NCBI GenBank assembly: GCA_032718475.1
Contig: JAUCBJ010009144.1
Coordinates: 62,001-126,000 of the forward strand
Reading direction: 5' to 3'
Source: Nemertoderma westbladi
Lineage: Eukaryota > Animalia > Xenacoelomorpha
Length of the DNA: 64,000 nucleotides
This document shows positions 47,901-62,100 of this stretch, one piece after another. The notes below the pieces were generated by a model. That model ran no database searches. It saw nothing but the letters and a program-made list of their open reading frames with translations, and was not told the DNA's origin. Each line of letters starts with the position of its first letter. The first letter of the stretch is position 1. Both the position numbers and the translations under genes were made by a program.

Positions 47901-50900
47901 TCTTGTTGTGTTCTAGAATATTTTTTATAGTTTCATCGTATTGCCAAAGTGACAAGAGCTGAAGTTGTCTCATAATACAATAATTCACCTCAAATATCTC
48001 AGCTATTTCATGAACATAATGAAGTATTAAATCCATGTCAAAATCCTTGGTATTTTTCTGCAATAATTTATCAAAATATCCTCTGATTTTTTTCAAAAAC
48101 CATATCAATTTTCATATTTATAACTTCTATCCCACTCCACGAGATAGAGAATCTTAAATGAACATCAAAAGAACAGGTAACACTTACATTTATAGAAGTA
48201 ATCAGCTGTTATTTGCTACGTCTTTCCGCTGGAGATGGATGAATTTTGATTGCGTTGGAACACCCCCTATCTGTGGCTTTCTGAGTGGAGAGATAAGTAT
48301 CCTATCTCCCTATTAATATTGTTGTGTTCTAGAATATTTTTTATAGTTTCATCGTATTGCCAAAGTGACTAGAGCTGAAGTTTACTCATAATACAATAAT
48401 TCACCTCAAATATCTCAGCTATTTCATGAACATAATGAAGTATTAAATCCATGTCAAAATCCTTGGTATTTTTCTGCAATAATTTATCAAAATATCCTCT
48501 GATTTTTTTCAAAAACCATATCAATTTTCATATTTATAACTTCTATCCCACTCCACGAGATAGAGAATCTTAAATGAACATCAAAAGAACAGGTAACACT
48601 TACATTTATAGAAGTAATCAGCTGTTATTTGCTACGTCTTTCCGCTGGGGATGGATGAATTTTGATTGCGTTGGAACACCCCCTATCTGTGGCTTTCTGA
48701 GTGGAGAGATAAGTATCCTATCTCCCTATTAATATTGTTGTGTTCTGGAATATTTTTTATAGTTTCATCGTATTGCCAAAGTGACTAGAGCTGAAGTTTA
48801 CTCATAATACAATAATTCACCTCAAATATCTCAGCTATTTCATGAACATAATGAAGTATTAAATCCATGTCAAAATAATTGGTGTTTTTCTGCAATAATT
48901 TATCAAAATATCCTCTGATTCTTTACTATAACCATATCGATTTTAATATTTATAACTTCTAACCCACTCCACGAGATAGATAATCTTAAATGAAAATCAA
49001 AAGAACAGGTAACACTTACATTTATAGAAGTAATCAGCTGTTATTTGCTACGTCTTTCCGCTGAAGATGAATGAATTTTGATTGTGTCAGAAAACCCCCT
49101 ATCTGTGGTTGTATGAGTTGAGAGATAAGTAGCCTATCTCCCTATTAATATTGTTGTGTTCTTGAATATTTATTATAGTTTCATCGCATTGCTAAAGTGG
49201 CTGGAGCTAAAGTTATTATGTAATGCAATAATTCACCTCAAATATCTCAGCTATTTCATGAACATAATGAAGTATTAAATCCATGTCAAAATCCTTGGTA
49301 TTTTTCTGCAATAATTTATCAAAATATCCTCTGATTTTTTTCAAAAACCATATCAATTTTCATATTTATAACTTCTATCCCACTCCACGAGATAGAGAAT
49401 CTTAAATGAACATCAAAAGAACAGGTAACACTTACATTTATAGAAGTAATCAGCTGTTATTTGGTACGTCTTTCCGCTGGAGATGGATGAATTTTGATTG
49501 CGTTGGAACACCCCCTATCTGTGGCTTTCTGAGTGGAGAGATAAGTATCCTATCTCCCTATTAATATTGTTGTGTTCTAGAATATTTTTTATAGTTTCAT
49601 CGTATTGCCAAAGTGACTAGAGCTGAAGTTAACTCATAATACAATAATTCACCTCAAATATCTCAGCTATTTCATGAACATAATGAAGTATTAAAGCCAT
49701 GTCAAAATCATTGGTGTTTTTCTGCAATAATTTATCAAAATATCCTCTGATTTTTTTCAAAAACCACATCGATTTTCTTATTTATAACTTCTATCCCACT
49801 CCACGAGATAGAGAATCTTAAATGAACGTCAAAAGAACAGGTAACACTTACATTTATAGCAGTAATCAGCTGTTATTTGCTACGTCTTTCCGTAGGAGAT
49901 GGATGAATTTTGATTGCGTTGGAACACCCCCTATCTGTGGCTGTCTGAGTGGAGAGATAAGTAGCCTATCTCCCTGTTAATATTGTTGTGTTCTAGAATA
50001 TTTATTATAGTTTCATCGTATTGCCAAAGTGACTAGAGCTGAAGTTGACTCATAATACAATAATTCACCTCAAATATCTCAGCTATTTCAAGAACATAAT
50101 GAAGTATTAAATCCATGTCAAATTCCTTGGTATTTTTCTGCAATAATTTATCAAAATATCCTCTGATTTTTTTCAAAAACCATATCAATTTTCATATTAA
50201 TAACTTCTATCCCACTCAACGAGATAAAGTATCTTGTTGTGTTCTAGAATATTTTTTATAGTTTCATCGTATTGCCAAAGTGACAAGAGCTGAAGTTGTC
50301 TCATAATACAATAATTCACCTCAAATATCTCAGCTATTTCATGAACATAATGAAGTATTAAATCCATGTCAAAATCCTTGGTATTTTTCTGCAATAATTT
50401 ATCAAAATATCCTCTGATTTTTTTCAAAAACCATATCAATTTTCATATTTATAACTTCTATCCCACTCCACGAGATAGAGAATCTTAAATGAACATCAAA
50501 AGAACAGGTAACACTTACATTTATAGAAGTAATCAGCTGTTATTTGCTACGTCTTTCCGCTGGAGATGGATGAATTTTGATTGCGTTGGAACACCCCCTA
50601 TCTGTGGCTTTCTGAGTGGAGAGATAAGTATCCTATCTCCCTATTAATATTGTTGTGTTCTAGAATATTTTTTATAGTTTCATCGTATTGCCAAAGTGAC
50701 TAGAGCTGAAGTTTACTCATAATACAATAATTCACCTCAAATATCTCAGCTATTTCATGAACATAATGAAGTATTAAATCCATGTCAAAATCCTTGGTAT
50801 TTTTCTGCAATAATTTATCAAAATATCCTCTGATTTTTTTCAAAAACCATATCAATTTTCATATTTATAACTTCTATCCCACTCCACGAGATAGAGAATC

Positions 50901-53900
50901 TTAAATGAACATCAAAAGAACAGGTAACACTTACATTTATAGAAGTAATCAGCTGTTATTTGCTACGTCTTTCCGCTGGGGATGGATGAATTTTGATTGC
51001 GTTGGAACACCCCCTATCTGTGGCTTTCTGAGTGGAGAGATAAGTATCCTATCTCCCTATTAATATTGTTGTGTTCTGGAATATTTTTTATAGTTTCATC
51101 GTATTGCCAAAGTGACTAGAGCTGAAGTTTACTCATAATACAATAATTCACCTCAAATATCTCAGCTATTTCATGAACATAATGAAGTATTAAATCCATG
51201 TCAAAATAATTGGTGTTTTTCTGCAATAATTTATCAAAATATCCTCTGATTCTTTACTATAACCATATCGATTTTAATATTTATAACTTCTAACCCACTC
51301 CACGAGATAGATAATCTTAAATGAAAATCAAAAGAACAGGTAACACTTACATTTATAGAAGTAATCAGCTGTTATTTGCTGCGTCTTTCCGCTGAAGATG
51401 AATGAATTTTGATTGTGTCAGAAAACCCCCTATCTGTGGTTGTATGAGTTGAGAGATAAGTAGCCTATCTCCCTATTAATATTGTTGTGTTCTAGAATAT
51501 TTATTATAGTTTCATCGCATTGCTAAAGTGGCTGGAGCTAAAGTTATTATGTAATGCAATAATTCACCTCAAATATCTCAGCTATTTCATGAACATAATG
51601 AAGTATTAAATCCATGTCAAAATCCTTGGTATTTTTCTGCAATAATTTATCAAAATATCCTCTGATTTTTTTCAAAAACCATATCAATTTTCATATTTAT
51701 AACTTCTATCCCACTCCACGAGATAAAGAATCATAAATGAAAGTCAAAAGAACAGGTAACACGTACATTTATAGAAGTAATCAGCTGTTATTTGCTACGT
51801 CTTTCCGCTGGAGATGGATGAATTTTGATTGTGTCAGAACACCCCCTATCTGTGGCTGTCTGAGTGGAGAGATAAGTATAGCCTATCTCCCTGTTAATAT
51901 TGTTGTGTTCTAGAATATTTAATATAGTTTCATCGTATTTCCAAAGTGACTAGAGCTGAAGTTGACTCATAATACAATAATTCACCTCAAATATCTCAGC
52001 TATTTCATGAACATAATGAAGTATTAAATCCATGTCAAAATCCTTGGTATTTTTCTGCAATAATTTATCAAAATATCCTCTGATTTTTTTAAAAAACCAT
52101 ATCAATTTTCATATTTATAACTTCTATCCCACTCCACGAGATAGAGAATCTTAAATGAACGTCAAAAGAACAGGTAACACTTACATTTATAGAAGTAATC
52201 AGCTGTTATTTGCTACGTCTTTCCGCTGGAGATGGATGAATTTTGATTGCGTTGGAACACCCCCTATCTGTGGCTTTCTGGGTGGAGAGATAAGTATCCT
52301 ATCTCCCTATTAATATTGCTGTGTTCTAGAATATTTATTATTGTTTCATCGTATTGCTAAAGTCGCTGGAGCTAAAATTATTATGTAATGCAATAATTCA
52401 GCTCAAATATCTCAGCTATTTCATGAACATAATGAAGTATTAAAGCCATGTCAAAATAATTGGTGTTTTTCTGCAATAATTTATCAAAATATCCTCTGAT
52501 TCTTTACTATAACCATATCGATTTTAATATTTATAACTTCTAACCCACTCCACGAGATAGATAATCTTAAATGAAAATCAAAAGAACAGGTAACACTTAC
52601 ATTTATAGAAGTAATCAGCTGTTATTTGCTACGTCTTTCCGCTGTTAGATGGATGAATTTTGATTGTGTCAGAACACCCCTATCTGTGGCTGTCTGAGTT
52701 GAGAGATAAGTAGCCTATCTCCCTATTAATATTGTTGTGTTCTAGAATATTTATTATAGTTTCATCGCATTGCTAAAGTGGCTGGAGCTAAAGTTATTAT
52801 GTAATGCAATAATTGACCTCAAATATCTCAGCTATTTCATGAACATAATGAAGTATTAAATCCATGTCAAAATCCTTGGTATTTTTCTGCAATAATTTAT
52901 CAAAATATCCTCTGATTTTTTTCAAAAACCATATCAATTTTCATATTTATAACTTCTATCCCACTCCACGAGATAAAGTATCTTAAATGAAAGTCAAAAG
53001 AACAGGTAACACTTAAATTTATAGAAGTAATCAGCTGTTATTTGCTACGTCTTTCCGCTGGAGATGGATTAATTTTGATTGCGTTGGAACACCCCCTATC
53101 TGTGGCTTTCTGAGTGGAGAGATAAGTATCCTATCTCCCTATTAATATTGTTGTGTTCTAGAATATTTAATATAGTTTCATCGTATTGCCAAAGTGACTA
53201 GAGCTGAAGTTGACTCATAATACAATAATTCACCTCAAATATCTCAGCTATTTCATGAACATAATGAAGTATTAAATCCATGTCAAATTCCTTGGTATTT
53301 TTCTGCAATAATTTATCAAAATATCCTCTGATTTTTTTCAAAAACCATATCAATTTTCATATTTATAACTTCTATCCCACTCCACGAGATAAAGAATCTT
53401 AAATGAAAGTCAAAAGAACAGGTAACACTTACATTTATAGAAGTAATCAGCTGTTATTTGCTACATCTTTCCGCTGGAGATGGATGAATTTTGATTGTGT
53501 CAGAACACCCCCTATCTGTGGCTGTCTGAGTTGAGAAATAAGTAGCCTATCTCCCTATTAATATTGTTGTGTTCTAGAATATTTATTATAGTTTCATCGT
53601 ATTGCTAAAGTGGCTGGAGCTAAAGTTATTATGTAATGCAATAATTCACCTCAAATATCTCAGCTATTTCATGAACATAATGAAGTATTAAAGCCATGTC
53701 AAAATCCTTGGTGTTTTTCTGCAATAATTTAACAAAATATCCTCTGATTTTTTACAAAAATCATATCGATTTTCATATTTATAACTTCTATCCCACTCAA
53801 CGAGATAAAGTAGCTTAAATGAAAGTCAAAAGAACAGGTAACACTTACATTTATAGAAGTAATCAGCTGTTATTTGCTACGTCTTTCCGCTGGAGATGGA

Positions 53901-54552
53901 TTAATTTTGATTGCGTTGGAACACCCCCTATCTGTGGCTTTCTGAGTGGAGAGATAAGTATCCTATCTCCCTATTAATATTGTTGTGTTCTAGAATATTT
54001 TATATAGTTTCATCGTATTGCCAAAGTGACAAGAGCTGAAGTTGTCTCATAATACAATAATTCACCTCAAATATCTCAGCTATTTCATGAACATAATGAA
54101 GTATTGAATCATTGGTATTTTTCTGCAATAATTTATCAAAATATCCTCTGATTTTTTTCAAAAACCATATCAATTTTCATATTTATAACTTCTATCCCAC
54201 TCCACGAGATAAAGAATCTTAAATGAAAGTCAAAAGAACAGGTAACACTTACATTTATAGAAGTAATCAGCTGTTATTTGCTACATCTTTCCGCTGGAGA
54301 TGGATGAATTTTGATTGTGTCAGAACACCCCCTATCTGTGGCTGTCTGAGTTGAGAAATAAGTAGCCTATCTCCCTATTAATATTGTTGTGTTCTAGAAT
54401 ATTTATTATAGTTTCATCGTATTGCTAAAGTGGCTGGAGCTAAAGTTATTATGTAATGCAATAATTCACCTCAAATATCTCAGCTATTTCATGAACATAA
54501 TGAAGTATTAAAGCCATGTCAAAATCCTTGGTGTTTTTCTGCAATAATTTAA

Positions 54553-56127
54553 CCCTATTAGCACTGGGGGGGGGCCGAATCGGCCCCTTCCTAGTTTTTA
54601 GTTGCTGTAACTATACAACCACATTACGTACCGGCCCAATTTTTTGTGAGAATTAGCCAAATTTAATGCCGCATCTTTTGCAAAAAACGCCGTTGCAATT
54701 GGATTTCTACTTTTCGATGTGGGTGCCACCTCAAAATTTGGTCTCCAGCACCAAATGTTTTGAAATTTTCGAATTTTACAAAATCATTCGTGATTTAGTA
54801 ATTATTTATGTTTGGGCTATTTTTATTTATTTTTATTGGTTTGGATCACTCTAATGTTCTATACAAGTATGTAAGTGTAGTGGTTCGCCATTTTTGGTGC
54901 ACCAAAATTAGGGCATGGCACTTCAAATTTTGAAAAATACGAGATTCGGAAAATACACTAAAGTTTTGATTTGCAAAGCATTTTTATAGGTTTTCTGGAG
55001 CGCTGAATCGATTGAAAGTAATATAGAAGCCTGAAGACTTAGTGGTTCGCCATTTTTGGTGCACCAAAATTAGGGCGTGGCACTTCAAATTTTGAAAAAT
55101 ACGAGATTCGGAAAATTCACTAAAGTTTTGATTTCAAATTAATTTTATAGGTTTTCTGGAGCGCTGAATCGATTGAAAGTAATATAGAAGCCTGAAGACT
55201 TAGTGGTTCGCCATTTTTGGTGCACCAAAATTAGGGCGTGGCACTTCAAATTTTGAAAAATACGAGATTCGGAAAATTCACTAAAGTTTTGATTTCAAAT
55301 TAATTTTATAGGTTTTCTGGAGCGCTGAATCGATTGAAAGTAATATAGAAGCCTCAAATCCTTTGTGTACGTAATTTTCGGTGCACCAAAATTAGGGCGT
55401 GGCACTCTAAATTTTCAAAATTACTTTATTCGGAAAAAACACTAAAGTTTTGATTTCAAAAAATGGCTAACTTCTAAGTCTTCAGGCTTCTATATTACTT
55501 TCAATCGATTCAGCGGTCTGGAAAACCTATATAAATTCGTTAAAATTTCAATTTTGGTTTATTTTCCGAATCTCGTATTTTTCAAAATTTGAAGTGCCAC
55601 GCCCTAATTTTGGTGCACCAAAAATGGCGAACCACTCAGTCTTCAGGCTTCTATATTACTTTCAATCGATTCAGCGGCCCAGAAAACCCATAAAGATGCG
55701 TTGAAATAAAAAAATTAGGGGCATTTTCTGAATATCTAATTTTTCAAAATTTGAAGTGCCACGCCCACTTCTTAGGTGCACGAAAAATAGCATCCACTTC
55801 AATTTTTGGAAGTGGAATATAATCACATTCGATTCAGCGTCTTGAAAAACCTACTAAATCTAGCCAACACTGCCACACTATTAGTTTTTAGAAAACGAAA
55901 AATTTTGTAATTTTGTCCTGGGACTACTTTTATTTTTCATCAAAATTATGAGTCCCTACTTATGAAATTTTAATTTTTTAAGGTTTGGTAGTGTTCATCT
56001 ATATTGGTTTCACCAACATCCCAAATTTTGTAGGATTTCATTGGACGACTACAAAAATATAGTGGGTGGGCCGAATAGCCCCCCCCCCAGTGGTGCTAAT
56101 GGTCAAAATACCCCAGTGGTAATAGGG
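54553..56127. mobile_element. Non-autonomous piggyBac-type element, family A, 1575 bp (independent insertion)
   Basis: TTAA TSD at 54549-52 and 56128-31. Same termini as 12222-13481, with two extra ~161-bp internal units (tagtggttcgcc at 54878, 55040 and 55201). Inserted at a different position in the monomer. Confidence 0.93.
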
Positions 56128-59100
56128 TTAACAAAATATCCTCTGATTTTTTACAAAAATCATATCGATTTTCATATTTATAACTTCTATCCCACTCAAC
56201 GAGATAAAGTAGCTTAAATGAAAGTCAAAAGAACAGGTAACACTTACATTTATAGAAGTAATCAGCTGTTATTTGCTACGTCTTTCCGCTGGAGATGGAT
56301 TAATTTTGATTGCGTTGGAACACCCCCTATCTGTGGCTTTCTGAGTGGAGAGATAAGTATCCTATCTCCCTATTAATATTGTTGTGTTCTAGAATATTTT
56401 TTATAGTTTCATCGTATTGCCAAAGTGACTAGAGCTGAAGTTAACTCATAATACAATAATTCACCTCAAATATCTCAGCTATTTCATGAACATAATGAAG
56501 TATTAAAGCCATGTCAAAATCATTGGTGTTTTTCTGCAATAATTTATCAAAATATCCTCTGATTTTTTTCAAAAACCACATCGATTTCCCACTCCACGAG
56601 ATAGAGAATCTTAAATGAACGTCAAAAGAACAGGTAACACTTACATTTATAGAAGTAATCAGCTGTTATTTGCTACGTCTTTCCGCTGGAGATGGATGAA
56701 TTTTGATTGCGTTGGAACACCCCCTATCTGTGGCTTTCTGAGTGGAGAGATAAGTATCCTATCTCCCTATTAATATTGTTGTGTTCTAGAATATTTTTTA
56801 TAGTTTCATCGTATTGCCAAAGTGACAAGAGCTGAAGTTGTCTCATAATACAATAATTCACCTCAAATATCTCAGCTATTTCATGAACATAATGAAGTAT
56901 TGAATCATTGGTATTTTTCTGCAATAATTTATCAAAATATCCTCTGATTTTTTTCAAAAACCATATCAATTTTCATATTTATAACTTCTATCCCACTCCA
57001 CGAGATAGAGAATCTTAAATGAACGTCAAAAGAACAGGTAACACTTACATTTATAGAAGTAATCAGCTGTTATTTGCTACGTCTTTCCGCTGGAGATGGG
57101 TGAATTTTGATTGCATTGGAACACCCCCTATCTGTGACTTTCTGAGTGGAGAGATAAGTATCCTATCTCCCTATTAATATTGTTGTGTTCTAGAATATTT
57201 TTTATAGTTTCATCGTATTGCCAAATTGACTAGAGCTGAAGTTAACTCATAATACAATAATTCACCTCAAATATCTCAGCTATTTCATGAACATAATGAA
57301 GTATTAAAGCCATGTCAAAATAATTGGTGTTTTTCTGCAATAATTTATCAAAATATCCTCTGATTCTTTACTATAACCATATCGATTTTAATATTTATAA
57401 CTTCTAACCCACTCCACGAGATAGATACTCTTAAATGAAAATCAAAAGAACAGGTAACAGTTACATTTATAGAAGTAATCAGCTGTTATTTGCTACGTCT
57501 TTCCGCTGAAGATGAATGAATTTTGATTGCATTGGAACACCCCCTATCTGTGGCTGTCTGAGAGGAGAGATAAGTAGCCTATCTCCCTGTTAATATTGTT
57601 GTGTTCTAGAATATTTATTATAGTTTCATCGTATTGCCAAAGTGACTAGAGCTGAAGTTGACTCATAATACAATAATTCACCTCAAATATCTCAGCTATT
57701 TCATGAACATAATGAAGTATTAAAGCCATGTCAAAATCATTGGTGTTTTTCTGCAATAATTTATCAAAATATCCTCTGATTTTTTTCAAAAACCACATCG
57801 ATTTTCTTATTTATAACTTCTATCCCACTCCACGAGATAGAGAATCTTAAATGAACGTCAAAAGAACAGGTAACACTTACATTTATAGAAGTAATCAGCT
57901 GTTATTTGCTACGTCTTTCCGCTGGAGATGGATTAATTTTGATTGCGTTGGAACACCCCCTATCTGTGGCTTTCTGAGTGGAGAGATAAGTATCCTATCT
58001 CCCTATTAATATTGTTGTGTTCTAGAATATTTTTTATAGTTTCATCGTATTGCCAAAGTGACTAGAGCTGAAGTTAACTCATAATACAATAATTCACCTC
58101 AAATATCTCAGCTATTTCATGAACATAATGAAGTATTAAAGCCATGTCAAAATCATTGGTGTTTTTCTGCAATAATTTATCAAAATATCCTCTGATTTTT
58201 TTCAAAAACCACATCGATTTTCTTATTTATAACTTCTATCCCACTCCACGAGATAGAGAATCTTAAATGAACGTCAAAAGAACAGGTAACACTTACATTT
58301 ATAGCAGTAATCAGCTGTTATTTGCTACGTCTTTCCGCTGGAGATGGATGAATTTTGATTGTGTCAGAACACCCCCTATCTGTGGCTGTCTGAGTTGAGA
58401 AATAAGTAGCCTATCTCCCTATTAATATTGTTGTGTTCTAGAATATTTATAATAGTTTCATCGTATTGCTAAAGTGGCTGGAGCTAAAGTTATTATGTAA
58501 TGCAATAATTCACCTCAAATATCTCAGCTATTTCATGAACATAATGAAGTATTAAATCCATGTCAAAATCCTTGGTATTTTTATGCAATAATTTATCAAA
58601 ATATCCTCTGATTTTTTTCAAAAACCATATCAATTTTCATATTTATAACTTCTATCCCACTCCACGAGATAAAGAATCTTAAATGAAAGTCAAAAGAACA
58701 GGTAACACTTACATTTATAGAAGTAATCAGCTGTTATTTGCTACGTCTTTCCGCTGGAGATGGATGAATTTTGATTGTGTCAGAACACCCCCCATCTGTG
58801 GCTGTCTGATTTGAGAAATAAGTAGCCTATCTCCCTATTAATATTGTTGTGTTCTAGAATATTTAATATAGTTTCATCGTATTGCTAAAGTGGCTGGAGC
58901 TGAAGTTGACTCATAATACAATAATTCACCTCAAATATCTCAGCTATTTCATGAACATAATGAAGTATTAAATCCATGTCAAATTCCTTGGTATTTTTCT
59001 GCAATAATTTATCAAAATATCCTCTGATTTTTTTCAAAAACCATATCAATTTTCATATTTATAACTTCTATCCCACTCCACGAGATAAAGAATCTTAAAT

Positions 59101-62100
59101 GAAAGTCAAAAGAACAGGTAACACTTACATTTATAGAAGTAATCAGCTGTTATTTGCTACATCTTTCCGCTGGAGATGGATGAATTTTGATTGTGTCAGA
59201 ACACCCCCTATCTGTGGCTGTCTGAGTTGAGAAATAAGTAGCCTATCTCCCTATTAATATTGTTGTGTTCTAGAATATTTATTATAGTTTCATCGTATTG
59301 CTAAAGTGGCTGGAGCTAAAGTTATTATGTAATGCAATAATTCACCTCAAATATCTCAGCTATTTCATGAACATAATGAAGTATTAAAGCCATGTAAAAT
59401 CCTTGGTGTTTTTCTGCAATAATTTATCAAAATATCCTCTGATTTTTTACAAAAATCATATCGATTTTCATATTTATAACTTCTATCCCACTCAACGAGA
59501 TAAAGTATCTTAAATGAAAGTCAAAAGAACAGGTAACACTTACATTTATAGAAGTAATCAGCTGTTATTTGCTACGTCTTTCCGCTGGAGATGGATTAAT
59601 TTTGATTGCGTTGGAACACCCCCTATCTGTGGCTTTCTGAGTGGAGAGATAAGTATCCTATCTCCCTATTAATATTGTTGTGTTCTAGAATATTTTTTAT
59701 AGTTTCATCGTATTGCCAAAGTGACTAGAGCTGAAGTTAACTCATAATACAATAATTCACCTCAAATATCTCAGCTATTTCATGAACATAATGAAGTATT
59801 AAAGCCATGTCAAAATCATTGGTGTTTTTCTGCAATAATTTATCAAAATATCCTCTGATTTTTTTCAAAAACCACATCGATTTTCTTATTTATAACTTCT
59901 ATCCCACTCCACGAGATAGAGAATCTTAAATGAACGTCAAAAGAACAGGTAACACTTACATTTATAGCAGTAATCAGCTGTTATTTGCTACGTCTTTCCG
60001 CTGGAGATGGATGAATTTTGATTGCGTTGGAACACCCCCTATCTGTGGCTGTCTGAGTGGAGAGATAAGTAGCCTATCTCCCTGTTAATATTGTTGTGTT
60101 CTAGAATATTTATTATAGTTTCATCGTATTGCCAAAGTGACTAGAGCTGAAGTTGACTCATAATACAATAATTTACCTCAAATATCTCAGCTATTTCAAG
60201 AACATAATGAAGTATTAAATCCATGTCAAATTCCTTGGTATTTTTCTGCAATAATTTATCAAAATATCCTCTGATTTTTTTCAAAAACCATATCAATTTT
60301 CATATTAATAACTTCTATCCCACTCAACGAGATAAAGTATCTTGTTGTGTTCTAGAATATTTTTTATAGTTTCATCGTATTGCCAAAGTGACAAGAGCTG
60401 AAGTTGTCTCATAATACAATAATTCACCTCAAATATCTCAGCTATTTCATGAACATAATGAAGTATTAAATCCATGTCAAAATCCTTGGTATTTTTCTGC
60501 AATAATTTATCAAAATATCCTCTGATTTTTTTCAAAAACCATATCAATTTTCATATTTATAACTTCTATCCCACTCCACGAGATAGAGAATCTTAAATGA
60601 ACATCAAAAGAACAGGTAACACTTACATTTATAGAAGTAATCAGCTGTTATTTGCTACGTCTTTCCGCTGGAGATGGATGAATTTTGATTGCGTTGGAAC
60701 ACCCCCTATCTGTGGCTTTCTGAGTGGAGAGATAAGTATCCTATCTCCCTATTAATATTGTTGTGTTCTAGAATATTTTTTATAGTTTCATCGTATTGCC
60801 AAAGTGACTAGAGCTGAAGTTAACTCATAATACAATAATTCACCTCAAATATCTCAGCTATTTCATGAACATAATGAAGTATTAAATCCATGTCAAAATA
60901 ATTGGTGTTTTTCTGCAATAATTTATCAAAATATCCTCTGATTCTTTACTATAACCATATCGATTTTAATATTTATAACTTCTAACCCACTCCACGAGAT
61001 AGATAATCTTAAATGAAAATCAAAAGAACAGGTAACACTTACATTTATAGAAGTAATCAGCTGTTATTTGCTACGTCTTTCCGCTGAAGATGAATGAATT
61101 TTGATTGTGTCAGAAAACCCCCTATCTGTGGTTGTATGAGTTGAGAGATAAGTAGCCTATCTCCCTATTAATATTGTTGTGTTCTAGAATATTTATTATA
61201 GTTTCATCGCATTGCTAAAGTGGCTGGAGCTAAAGTTATTATGTAATGCAATAATTCACCTCAAATATCTCAGCTATTTCATGAACATAATGAAGTATTA
61301 AATCCATGTCAAAATCCTTGGTATTTTTCTGCAATAATTTATCAAAATATCCTCTGATTTTTTTCAAAAACCATATCAATTTTCATATTTATAACTTCTA
61401 TCCCACTCCACGAGATAAAGAATCTTAAATGAAAGGCAAAAGAACAGGTAACACTTACATTTATAGAAGTAATCAGCTGTTATTTGCTACGTCTTTCCGC
61501 TGGAGATGGATGAATTTTGATTGTGTCAGAACACCCCCTATCTGTGGCTGTCTGAGTGGAGAGATAAGTATAGCCTATCTCCCTGTTAATATTGTTGTGT
61601 TCTAGAATATTTATTATAGTTTCATCGTATTGCCAAAGTGACTAGAGCTGAAGTTGACTCATAATACAATAATTCACCTCAAATATCTCAGCTATTTCAT
61701 GAACATAATTAAGTATTAAATCCATGTCAAATTCCTTGGTATTTTTCTGCAATAATTTATCAAAATATCCTCTGATTTTTTTAAAAAACCATATCAATTT
61801 TCATATTTATAACTTCTATCCCACTCCACGAGATAGAGAATCTTAAATGAACGTCAAAAGAACAGGTAACACTTACATTTATAGAAGTAATCAGCTGTTA
61901 TTTGCTACGTCTTTCCGCTGGAGATGGATGAATTTTGATTGCGTTGGAACACCCCCTATCTGTGGCTGTCTGAGAGGAGAGATAAGTAGCCTATCTCCCT
62001 GTTAATACTGTTGTGTTCTAGAATATTTATTATAGTTTCATCGTATTGCCAAAGTGACTAGAGCTGAAGTTGACTCATAATACAATAATTCACCTCAAAT

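Noticed and set aside
15378-60547. ~80-aa minus-strand ORFs in satellite monomers (15378, 44285, 47866, 50197, 56724, 60305)
   Set aside because: They appear only where a point variant removes a TAA. Most monomers have stops and frame-breaking indels, and there is no recognisable domain.
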